A stretch of DNA of 64,000 nt from the IMG/VR virus record IMGVR_UViG_3300034523_000174, positions 1-64,000 of that record. The stretch is one strand, 5' to 3'. The position numbers were made by a program, and so were the translations under genes. This document shows positions 27,988 to 36,800 of this stretch, one piece after another. A model generated the notes under the pieces. The model saw nothing but the letters and a program-made list of their open reading frames with translations, searched no databases and had not been told where the DNA came from. The DNA comes from a virus. Each line of letters begins with the position of its first letter. Position 1 is the first letter of the stretch.

Positions 27988-28510
27988 ATGGCCGGGAGTC
28001 ATTGCCGAGGTGGATCGGGAGCGCCGAGAGATTCGCGTATCAATCCCGCCCTTCACCGACGGCGCCAGCGAGCTGCCTATCGCTGAAATCGAATACCCGA
28101 TAGGCGACGACTCGCAAAACACAGAGATACGCATGGTGGTGGGGCGCCCGGTGTGGATATCGTTCATCGCGGACGATCCGCGCCGCCCGATCATCACCGG
28201 CTTCCGTAACCCGAACACGGGCAATGAAGTGGGTACCAGGCGCTGGAATCACGACAACTTTGAATTCAATGCCGACAAGGTGTTTACCGTGAACGCTGGG
28301 GAGAAAATCGCCTTGGTCGTGGGCGGTACATCGATTGTCCTGACAGCTGAGTCCATCGCGCAGATTGCTACGGCGCTGAGCATCAAGGCCACGACAACGA
28401 TTGAAGGGGCGGTAACGCAGACCGGTGGCGATATCACCAGCGACGGCATTAGCCTTCAGCATCACAAGACGCCTACTGCGCCGCCTGGTCCGCTCAGCGA
28501 GCCAGTGTAG
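27977..28510 (+). CDS. baseplate spike (gpV/gp5-like)
   Basis: OB-fold VWI.F...DP..PII.G, beta-helix repeats, C-terminal GISLQHH. Confidence 0.85.
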   Translation: MPSKWPGVIAEVDRERREIRVSIPPFTDGASELPIAEIEYPIGDDSQNTEIRMVVGRPVWISFIADDPRRPIITGFRNPNTGNEVGTRRWNHDNFEFNADKVFTVNAGEKIALVVGGTSIVLTAESIAQIATALSIKATTTIEGAVTQTGGDITSDGISLQHHKTPTAPPGPLSEPV

Positions 28511-28521
28511 TAATGGCGGTG

Positions 28522-28679
28522 GGTGACGTCAGGTTGCCCGCTTTCTTGGCCGCAAAGCACCTGGAGCCCTTTATTTTCAAGTGGCTTGAGGTGACGTCAG
28601 TTGGCTCTCTTTGTACCTTGCTATCTAGGTACATCCCAACATGCCTACTGGTTCAAATGTACTCTTCTCAGTGAGTACA
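28522..28679. repeat. repeat cluster between convergent genes: 2 x GGTGACGTCAG and 2 x TGTAC-N12-GTACA palindromes
   Basis: Direct repeats at 28522-32 and 28590-600; palindromes at 28612-33 and 28658-79. Confidence 0.6.
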
Positions 28680-28705
28680 AATCCTGTCGCGGACCTTATT
28701 AGCCA

Positions 28706-29734
28706 TTATTTCAGGTGGTCCAGTGACTTGCGGTAAACCATGCGTAGCTGTGGTCCGCGCTGGCCAGCCTCTTCGGATAGATCGTATTCCGGTACGTCGT
28801 TCTCCTTGATCACCTTGCGCAGGCTTCTGGAGAACTCTTTGAACGTGGTGTCGCTCCCGCTGCGCTGGTAGATCAGATCAAAACCCCAGGTGGACATGTC
28901 CTTGCCGGCGGTCTTGCGCGCCAGCCGGTAGATAAAGCGGCTGTAGCCCGATTCGCTCTCGAAATACTCAGGGTGTACCGCCAGGATGTCCGGTTTAACG
29001 TTGCCGGTAATCTCTTTATAGAGCCAGTCCGCCACCTTGAATTCGATGTATTCGATATTCCCATTTTTGGCGTTCGCGATGGTGCGGTAAGGCCCTATCA
29101 GGTTCTCGCCTTCGTCGGTGACCACCATCCGATCCTTGATCATCCGGGTGCGTTGGATCTTGACGTGCGTGGTGCTCAGTCGCTCAAGGGCACCAACCAC
29201 CGCCGCGCGCTGATTGCCCCCTTCGGTCTTTTTGGTGAATTTGATCACGTCGCCTATGTGCGGGCGGAACACCTGCAAGGGCTTCTCCCCGTCGCCCTTG
29301 CGAAAGCGATTCATTGCCTCGGTCAGGTGTGAGGTGGCCATCAGCACCAGGTCATAATCGAACACCGAGGCCATTCCGTAGACGCCAGAAGAGACGATCA
29401 CCTCACCATCGGGCAGCTCGTAACGAATAACGTCGTTCTCGCGCTTTTTGGTTTTCGACAGGCGAAATGGGGCAACGTCCATCAGGCTGCGGATATCGCG
29501 CGTGCCTATGTCGTAAATCATCGGCACGAAAAAATCAGGCTGCTGCGGTTCCTTGCTGGCGGCCTTTGTGGGTTTTGTCACCGCCTTGGCTTTAGGGACT
29601 TTTGCCCTGCCCGGTTGCGGTTCGGTGCCGCCAAGGAGGTCGCCCTGGCGGTCTGACTTCTTCCGGCTCTTGATGGTATCAAGGCGCCGATTGTGTTGAT
29701 TGACAGGTTCCGCAGGGCTCTTATTGGCTGACAT
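28706..29734 (-). CDS. repA: plasmid replication initiator RepA (RPA family)
   Basis: PFRLSK, GMASVFDYD, ALERL..T, RFIYRLARK; adjacent iterons. Confidence 0.9.
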   Translation of the reverse strand: MSANKSPAEPVNQHNRRLDTIKSRKKSDRQGDLLGGTEPQPGRAKVPKAKAVTKPTKAASKEPQQPDFFVPMIYDIGTRDIRSLMDVAPFRLSKTKKRENDVIRYELPDGEVIVSSGVYGMASVFDYDLVLMATSHLTEAMNRFRKGDGEKPLQVFRPHIGDVIKFTKKTEGGNQRAAVVGALERLSTTHVKIQRTRMIKDRMVVTDEGENLIGPYRTIANAKNGNIEYIEFKVADWLYKEITGNVKPDILAVHPEYFESESGYSRFIYRLARKTAGKDMSTWGFDLIYQRSGSDTTFKEFSRSLRKVIKENDVPEYDLSEEAGQRGPQLRMVYRKSLDHLK

Positions 29735-29773
29735 GATCGCTTCCGTAGCTACTTGTGGTGAAGAGAGTTAATG

Positions 29774-30090
29774 GGTGGGTGAATTACAAAACGTTACAGG
29801 TGAAAACCCTATAAGCCTCGACAGGAGCGCTCTACAAGGCGAAAAAAGTGGTCAACCGATCGGTTTTTTGTAATTCACCCACCGAAACACGCCTTTTTTG
29901 TAATTCACCCACCAAAGTATGTAATTCACCCACCTTTCTTTGTAATTCACCCACCGATTGTTGTAATTCACCCACCCATCCACAGGGTTGTTAGGGTGGT
30001 CTAGACCAAGTGGGGCGCGGTCTGTAGCGCTTATCCACAATGGCCAAAACATAGATATAAAACCTTTTTAAAACTCTTAATCTTATAGAG
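29774..30090. repeat. plasmid origin: iterons TGTAATTCACCCACC, DnaA box and AT-rich region
   Basis: Direct copies at 29869, 29899, 29920, 29941, 29962 (three 21-bp steps); inverted copy 29774-29788; TTATCCACA at 30031-30039. Confidence 0.93.
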
Positions 30091-30118
30091 GGGTACTTTC
30101 CCCTTCCGTGGCGCGCTG

Positions 30119-30403
30119 TCAGGCGGCGCGCAACCGAGCAATCGCCGGCACTTCTTTGTGTTGGGCTTGCCATAGGTCGTAAGCCGACTGGCGCCCGAGC
30201 CAAATATGAGCTTTGCCCAGCCCCGCCAGCTCTAGGCGCCAAGCGAGGTCGGCGCTGATCGCAGAGCGGCAGTGCAACACGCTGGACAGCTGCACCCTGG
30301 AATAGCCGAGGTGTTTAGCCAGTGCGGTAACGGTCATCTTGATTTCTGGCAGCACGTCTTTGCGCAGCCCCTCGCCCGGATGGGGAGGATTGTGCATGGT
30401 CAT
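30119..30403 (-). CDS. higA: HigA-family antitoxin (orphan)
   Basis: MHNPPHPGE.L...HTH...ISADLA.RL....WL..Q..YDL. Confidence 0.88.
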   Translation of the reverse strand: MTMHNPPHPGEGLRKDVLPEIKMTVTALAKHLGYSRVQLSSVLHCRSAISADLAWRLELAGLGKAHIWLGRQSAYDLWQAQHKEVPAIARLRAA

Positions 30404-30436
30404 TTGCCGTGTTCCTTTCGAATATGACGGACTTAC

Positions 30437-30455
30437 TGTAAAGCCAGGCTTTACA
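30437..30455. promoter_or_regulatory. palindromic operator upstream of higA
   Basis: TGTAAAGCC-A-GGCTTTACA. Confidence 0.55.
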
Positions 30456-30521
30456 CTTCGCAAGCATTTTGTGTATGGCCATGCTTTACACTAAACAATA
30501 GGTTTCCAGCCCTCTGGAGGC

Positions 30522-30562
30522 GCAAAGCGCGCCGGGGCTACGTCCATTTATCCCCTCACAAT
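30522..30562 (+). promoter_or_regulatory. putative late promoter (GCAAAGC-N28-CACAAT)
   Basis: Fixed-spacing motif. Confidence 0.6.
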
Positions 30563-30594
30563 GTCCCCAGTAAATCCAATCCATGGGGGCAGTC

Positions 30595-31764
30595 ATGCCA
30601 GCAACGAACACGCTCGATTTTTCCAATGCCCAGGCCGCTGCCAAGGCGCTCAAGAAAGTAAGTCAGATCATGATCCGCGCGGGCCAGCCCGTGGTTACGT
30701 CTGAATTCAATCCGTCCCCGAAACGCACCTCCGGCGTCACCTATCGCGAAGCCTCGTTAACCGTGGCCAGTGGGCAGGTGGTCGTTCTGCGTGTGAATGC
30801 CACCGGCGACATCTTCCAAGTACTGATCAACAAGTCAGTGACGCCACTCAAAAATCAGACTGATTCGGAAAAGGCCGTAAAGGAAATTGCCGGGTTGCTG
30901 GAAAGTGGGCAGGTGGCATTCCAGAAGGCCCAGGCCCGCAAGGCGATTGCCCTTCCCAAGGGGATGAGCACGCCGGCGCCGAAACAGGCGGCGGTGTATG
31001 CCGAGCGTGTGGCGCAGCTCGATACACAGATTGCCGAACGCCAAGCGACCGTAGCGGGCCTACAGCAGCAGTTGGGGGCAATGACCGACAGCCTTGAGCC
31101 AAGTGCGCTGGATAATTTCGCCAAAGAAGTGTTGGCGCAGTTGCAAGCCGGTGCAGTCGAGGACGGTGATCTGATCAGCAAGCAGGGCCGTGACGATCTG
31201 GTCGCCGCAAAGCTGGCGGCTCGCGATGATGGCGCCAACTGGCTTACCGATGAAGGTAAGAAACTTGCCGGCGCGCTGTTGGATGGTATCGATCAGCCTC
31301 TTCACGAAGCGTTGACGGTTTCAGGCGCCTACGTGGCTGCGCGGGAGATTGTCCTGGCTGATCCGGCGATGATGGATAGCGTGGCCACCGCTGGCGCAAT
31401 CGAACAGCTCAGGCAGGCGCTCAGAGTGGTCGAGACGAATGCGCCGATCAATGAGGCCGAGGGCAATCATGATCAAGCGGCCCTTGAGCGCAGCCTGGCC
31501 AAATCCTTTATCACTGCGATTGCCATGCTCGACAGCATGAGCCCCGACCTCGGTGATTCGGGGCTTTCCGAGCTGGTGAACATCGCCATTGTGTCGGCGG
31601 CGGACGTGAGCGACATCAAGGATGAGGACGCATTGGCGCAGTTGTTGGCACTGGGCCTGGTGGAGACGGCCGAGGGACTTTACATGTTGACCAGTGAGGG
31701 CCGCAGCGCCCTGGAAGACGCTGGCTTTGACGCCTACGGCGAGCCCTTTGCCGCGAACGATTAA
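30595..31764 (+). CDS. Hdf-like internal head protein (DarA N-terminal-like domain)
   Basis: KR.SGV..R......SGQ.V...V...GDIFQV.IN, then coiled coil; similar layout to the DarA_N region of 33839..37957. Confidence 0.7.
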   Translation: MPATNTLDFSNAQAAAKALKKVSQIMIRAGQPVVTSEFNPSPKRTSGVTYREASLTVASGQVVVLRVNATGDIFQVLINKSVTPLKNQTDSEKAVKEIAGLLESGQVAFQKAQARKAIALPKGMSTPAPKQAAVYAERVAQLDTQIAERQATVAGLQQQLGAMTDSLEPSALDNFAKEVLAQLQAGAVEDGDLISKQGRDDLVAAKLAARDDGANWLTDEGKKLAGALLDGIDQPLHEALTVSGAYVAAREIVLADPAMMDSVATAGAIEQLRQALRVVETNAPINEAEGNHDQAALERSLAKSFITAIAMLDSMSPDLGDSGLSELVNIAIVSAADVSDIKDEDALAQLLALGLVETAEGLYMLTSEGRSALEDAGFDAYGEPFAAND

Positions 31765-32243
31765 ATCGACGTGATTTGATACAGGCGGGCGATATCGTCA
31801 GTCATACGCCCCAGTGACTCAATGCCGCGTTGGCGTGACATGAAGTGCGCCAGCGCCAGCACCGCCACCTCTGCGTTGCTGATATCGGCCGCCAGGCGGT
31901 ATTTCTGTCCATGAGTGTCTACGCCATCTGATTCGATCCGTGGGCGCCAACGCGCTACATCGTCTGCCAGCTGAATGGTGGCCATGCCTTCGGCTTCCTT
32001 GTACGCGGTGATCGCATCTGCCAGGTGTTCCTCCTTGAACAGGCAGTCGTAATTTTGTAGGCGAAGGTTCGTCACAAACGCAAAGCCCTCGTCTGCAATC
32101 TCCCTATACGTGATCCGGTCCAATACCGTCAGCGTCCCCAATGCGTTGCTTTTGAACGCCATGAGCGTGACAGGCTCAGCCCCTGCGCCACCATAACCGC
32201 CTATGGAAACCATAATCTTCATACCAGCCGGCGCTTCTGACAT
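31761..32243 (-). CDS. hypothetical protein
   Basis: 160-aa ORF with GGAG RBS. Confidence 0.7.
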   Translation of the reverse strand: MSEAPAGMKIMVSIGGYGGAGAEPVTLMAFKSNALGTLTVLDRITYREIADEGFAFVTNLRLQNYDCLFKEEHLADAITAYKEAEGMATIQLADDVARWRPRIESDGVDTHGQKYRLAADISNAEVAVLALAHFMSRQRGIESLGRMTDDIARLYQITSI

Positions 32244-32357
32244 TGCCTATCTCCGAATAAATACATAAATTTGATGTTGTGTGTTTACACATTAAACAAT
32301 CAAATGATAATGTCCTTTTCGTCGAAGGTTACGACAGACACGAAAAGGAAAAGAGTG

Positions 32358-32591
32358 ATGAGAGCGCAAGAGCTTAAGCGGTTAAGGCGGTACATCTGGA
32401 TGGGCGGTTTGCTCATGGCTGTGCTTTATCTCCTGGTGGTTGCAGGGCTTGGTGGTAGCGATTACGACCAAGCCGTAGCGGATCATGCGTGGAAGTGCCA
32501 AATGATCAATGAGGGCGTTTGGCCCCATGATCCGGCCATTCATTGCCCGATACCGCTTGAGACTCTGGCGCTCAATACCGTTAGCCGGTAA
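32358..32591 (+). CDS. small membrane protein
   Basis: One TM helix; AAGGA RBS; terminator follows. Confidence 0.6.
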   Translation: MRAQELKRLRRYIWMGGLLMAVLYLLVVAGLGGSDYDQAVADHAWKCQMINEGVWPHDPAIHCPIPLETLALNTVSR

Positions 32592-32607
32592 CGCCATAAT
32601 CTGCCGG

Positions 32608-32631
32608 AAGCCCCGCAAGCCGGGGCTTTTT
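32608..32631 (+). terminator. intrinsic terminator
   Basis: AAGCCCCG-CAAGC-CGGGGCTT plus T run. Confidence 0.7.
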
Positions 32632-32648
32632 CACATCTATCGTTACAA

Positions 32649-32712
32649 GATAGCGCATTAACGCTAAAGCGCCATAGCGTGACAACCCTATTGCGTTATA
32701 GCGTGATAGCGC
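32649..32712. repeat. parS/operator-like 8-bp tandem array (NAWAGCGY)
   Basis: gatagcgc attaacgc taaagcgc catagcgt gacaaccc tattgcgt tatagcgt gatagcgc, directly upstream of parA. Confidence 0.7.
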
Positions 32713-32751
32713 TAGAATCCGGCCATCATTCAAACGGACGGAGTACAGGGC

Positions 32752-33387
32752 ATGACGGTTATCGCGGTGATGAATCAGAAGGGCGGTGCGGGTAAATCGA
32801 CGGTCTGCACCGGCTTGGCGCAAGCGCTTAATCTGGTGGGGCGTGACGTGGTGCTGATCGACTCCGATCCGCAGGGCAGCATGAAGGACTGGACCGAGGC
32901 CAATCCCGATCAGCCGGTAACGATCTATACCATCGAGCGTAATCAGCTGGCGTCACAGATCCCGCGCCTGCCCAATGACATCGTGATTATCGACGGTACA
33001 GCGAAGGCCGCCGACCTCGCCAAAAAGACGATTGCAGTGGCCGATATCATCATTATCCCGGTACAGCCAGCTCCGTTTGATGTGTGGTCTACCGGCGACA
33101 TGGTGGCCATGATTCAAGATCGAATGGATGAACTGCGCGGTACTGGCCAGAGCCTGAGAGCATACTTTCTGGTAAATCGCGCAATTGGTAACTCGAAACT
33201 GAGCAAGAGCATTTCCAAGACGCTGGCCGGTTATGGATTCCCGGTATTGAAGTCGCGGCTGGTGTCGCGTACTGCGCACCCGAACGCTCAGATGATCGGG
33301 AAAACCCCGCTTGACACCCAGCCTGGCGGCCTTGCTGCTCGCGAACTGCGGGCGCTTCGTGACGAAGTGCTTACCCTCCTGGCGTAG
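32752..33387 (+). CDS. parA: ParA/ParF partition ATPase (type Ib)
   Basis: KGGAGKS deviant Walker A, D.DPQGS, IIDG; no N-terminal HTH. Confidence 0.93.
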   Translation: MTVIAVMNQKGGAGKSTVCTGLAQALNLVGRDVVLIDSDPQGSMKDWTEANPDQPVTIYTIERNQLASQIPRLPNDIVIIDGTAKAADLAKKTIAVADIIIIPVQPAPFDVWSTGDMVAMIQDRMDELRGTGQSLRAYFLVNRAIGNSKLSKSISKTLAGYGFPVLKSRLVSRTAHPNAQMIGKTPLDTQPGGLAARELRALRDEVLTLLA

Positions 33388-33458
33388 TGAATAGACGTTA
33401 AGGCGTCAGATACACTATGATGCGCGAAACGCCGTAACGTTAAACAGGCAGGTGACTT

Positions 33459-33713
33459 ATGAGTGAAATGACAATCAAGACGCGCCCGCGCCCAGTGGAT
33501 GAAGTCATGGCGGACGTGGACGCGGCGGCTGGCCGTACTGGTGCCAAGCCACCAGCGCCTAAAGTGATCAAGCTGGGTGCAAAAGAACGGTTGAACAGCT
33601 ACGTGACGCCCGAGCAGAAGCGTAAGCTGCGCCTGCTGGCTATTGCGAAAGGCTGCTCACTTTCTGAGGTAGTCGGTGTACTGATCGACGAGACTCCTAA
33701 GCCGGAAGTTTAG
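33459..33713 (+). CDS. ribbon-helix-helix centromere-binding protein (ParG-like)
   Basis: Flexible N-terminus, then RLNSYVTPEQKRKLRLLAI..G.SLSEVV; downstream of parA. Confidence 0.8.
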   Translation: MSEMTIKTRPRPVDEVMADVDAAAGRTGAKPPAPKVIKLGAKERLNSYVTPEQKRKLRLLAIAKGCSLSEVVGVLIDETPKPEV

Positions 33714-33731
33714 GGGAAAGGCTTCAAGCCC

Positions 33732-33757
33732 AAGGGCGCCGCGTGGCGCCCTTTTTT
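33732..33757 (+). terminator. intrinsic terminator
   Basis: AAGGGCGCC-GCGT-GGCGCCCTT plus T run. Confidence 0.75.
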
Positions 33758-33773
33758 GTGCCTGTGATTTGGC

Positions 33774-33814
33774 GCAAACCGCCCGCCGGGAGCGGGGAAA
33801 ACGGACGGTATCGT
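33774..33814 (+). promoter_or_regulatory. putative late promoter (GCAAACC-N28-TATCGT)
   Basis: Fixed-spacing motif; supports the start at 33839. Confidence 0.6.
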
Positions 33815-33838
33815 GGCTGCTTTCAGGGAGCGGCTTCT

Positions 33839-36800
33839 ATGACCGACGTTTTTAGCAAACTCCAAAGCGCCGCCCATGCTGGCGCTTTCGGCATGGGTTC
33901 TACCGCACAGCCCACGCCCGCGCAGATCCGGGCCGGGAACTATGCCAAGGGGACCGTTCGCCTGCATGGCCTGCGCATCACCATCGAAACGCCCATGTTC
34001 CAGTCCCGTCGCGGAAAAGAGGACGGGAAACCGTGGTCGATCACCTGTATGGCGCATTACGGCTATGTGAACGGTACCAGGGGCGCCGACGGGGACGCGG
34101 TGGACGTGTTTGTTGGTCCGGCGCCCGAGAGCCTGCGCGTGTACGTGATCAACCAGAACGGCAAGACCGGCACCTTCGACGAGCACAAGGTAATGCTGGG
34201 GTTCATCGACCATGACCAGGCCTGCACCGCGTACATGAATTCCTATGAAAAGGGATGGACCGGCTTGGGCAGTGTCGCGGCGTGCACCATCAAGCAATTC
34301 AAGTATTGGCTTAAACACGGGGATCTAAGCCGCCCCCTCTCCCCCGACTTACCCAATATCCCAAAAGATGAGGCTTTGAGCATGACTGATGTATTCGCGC
34401 GCTGGGGCGCTGACAACCTCCCTGTAGGTCAGACAGTTGGCGCGTTGCTGTACGAGCTGCGCCGTAGCGATCCGGACGGCCTGATGTTCGACAGCGCCAC
34501 CATGGCCGATATCACCGAGAGCCTGGCCGACGACGGCACAATGCTCGATGCCATGGTGATCGAGTACAAACAGTTTGAGCGCAAGGCCGCTCAGCTGCTC
34601 AAGGTGATGCAGAACGTAGGCGGTGAAGTCCAGGCGGCCACCGTGGAAGTGAGTAAGCCATTCAAGAACAAGGGCACCACTCAAGTGGCCATGTTGTTCG
34701 GTATGAGCGACGGCCAGAGTGTGTCGGTGTTCTTTCACAACCCGGACAGCACGCCCAACAAACTCATGCCAGCCGACGAACTGATCAGTTGGAAGTGGGT
34801 ACAGAACAAGAAGGACATCACCGCTGTGGTGGCGCCTGAAAGCGGCCAGGATCTAAACCCGCGCATTGTCGCCCGCCGCATCATGTCGCTGATCCAGAAG
34901 AACAGCGCCAAGTTCATCAAGGCGAACGAAGGCAAGGCCGCCCGTACCGCTGCGCTCGATGAGCAAAAGGCGCTGGTAGAAAGCAAAACCGCCGAACTGG
35001 CTGCACTGGATACGCAAATCAGCGAGCTGACTGCCCAGCTTGAGGCGCAGAAGGCTGAGCTGGCGACAACGATCACCCCTGAGCCTGTGAATGAGCCCGA
35101 GGCTGAGGCTGCAATCGCCAATGCCGACGCATCGAATGCCAGCTACATGGCCAGCACCCTGGCGAAAATCCCGGCAATCAAGGCCGAGATTGAGGCGCTT
35201 GGCGGTGTACCGATGACCGAAGCCGAGTTTATGGACCGTGTAAACGCGGGCACCAACCAGGGCTTTAGCGTGGCCGAGCTGCAATCGAAGCTGGCAGACG
35301 CCAAGGCGCAACTGGCAGGAATCCAATCGGGTAGCGTTAAGCCGCGCACCATCGTGGGCAAGGGCGGTACTAAGAAAGGCGCTACGGCCTGGCTGAATAA
35401 CATGATTGCCGAGGTAGAGACGGCGCTGGCGAATGACGGCTTCATGTACACCGTGAACGTGAGCAACTACGCCTATAACCTGAATGCTCAACTGCGCGAA
35501 TTGAAGGCGAAGGCTGCCGATCCTGTAGCACCTGTGAGCACCGCCAGCATCCTCCTGGAGGACTACGCCGACGTTGCAGCGCTGGGGTCGGCCACCGTAC
35601 TCAGCGTGGGCTCTGAAAACGTCTACTTCGACAAGGACGGCAAGCAGTACATGACGAAATTGCTCAACACTGACGACTATGAGCCGAAAGTGGGTGAGGT
35701 GGTCGACCTGTCGGGCGTTGTCGATCCGTACACCGCTCCCGCCTCTAAGCTGTCTTTCACGGAATGGGAAGGCAAGGTGTTAGAGGCGCTGGCGGAACTG
35801 ATGGAAGTCAGCACCGGGGATGCCGACGCCATTGCCATGGGCCAGACCACCCTAGTGAAACAGCTCTACGCCGACGGTGTAGCGCCGGCTGAGGCTGCCA
35901 ATGCCGTCAAAGCCGCCGCGACCGCAGCGCCCGAGACGCCAGAAGAAGAGGCTATGTTGGCTGCCCACTTGGCAGAACGGGCCGAAGCCGCAGCCCAGGC
36001 CGCTGCTGGCGGCGTAAACGTGGACGATATGAAAGCCGTGATGACAGAGAATGTCGTGATCGATGTTCCGGCCGGCTGGCTTGTGATGAATGCACCGCGC
36101 CCGCTGGTTGGGCAAAAGACCGTCGAAAATGGCGAGTTCCTGACGGGCCGCTTCTACGGTGCCGTTGATCCGTCCGACACCTACGCCGCCAGCACTATCG
36201 AAACCAATCGCAAGTTGGACGCTGCCATTGTGATGCAGGGCATTGACCGGGCCACACAAATGGCAATGGCGATGGTCGGCAACAAGTACCGCGATGATTA
36301 CCTTGCCATGCCCGAGGCCGAGCGTTACCAGGCTCTGAGCCCTAAGATCAAGAAACTGTACGGCAAGCCATATGGCGAACTGAAAGCGCTTCTAGAGCAA
36401 GCCAAGGCCGAACCGGCGCCAGCGGCTGTATCTGCCGAAGACGAAGACACTGGCACTATCGAAGCCGAAGGCCGCGACAACGCCGTCAAAACCGCCAAGG
36501 GCACCAAGGTCGTGACCGGCTTCAAGGTGATCGAGGCGAAGAACCTGATCATCAGCCACGAAACGGACGGCACGGTAAACCCGGAATACCCGCCCGAGAT
36601 TCAGCCGCGTGACCGTGCACGTACCACTTCTCAGGCATGGGTGCAGAAAACCGCCCGCAACCTTGATCCGGATAGCCTGGGACGCACCCAGCGCGCCGAC
36701 AGTGGCGCGCCTATCGTTGGCGCTGACCGTGTGGTCGAGTCGGGCAACGGCCGCGCCATGGCGATCCGTGAGGCCTACCGTATCGGCCAGGCGGATGAAT

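Noticed and set aside
29869-29976. Repeat array as a possible CRISPR
   Set aside because: 15-bp repeats with 6-15 bp gaps beside repA and a DnaA box are iterons; no cas genes.
33743-33838. ORF-track upstream extensions of starts (33743, 1032, 8321, 43958, 38066, 55729, 56404)
   Set aside because: They run through promoters, terminators or neighbouring genes; downstream RBS-supported or coupled starts are more plausible.
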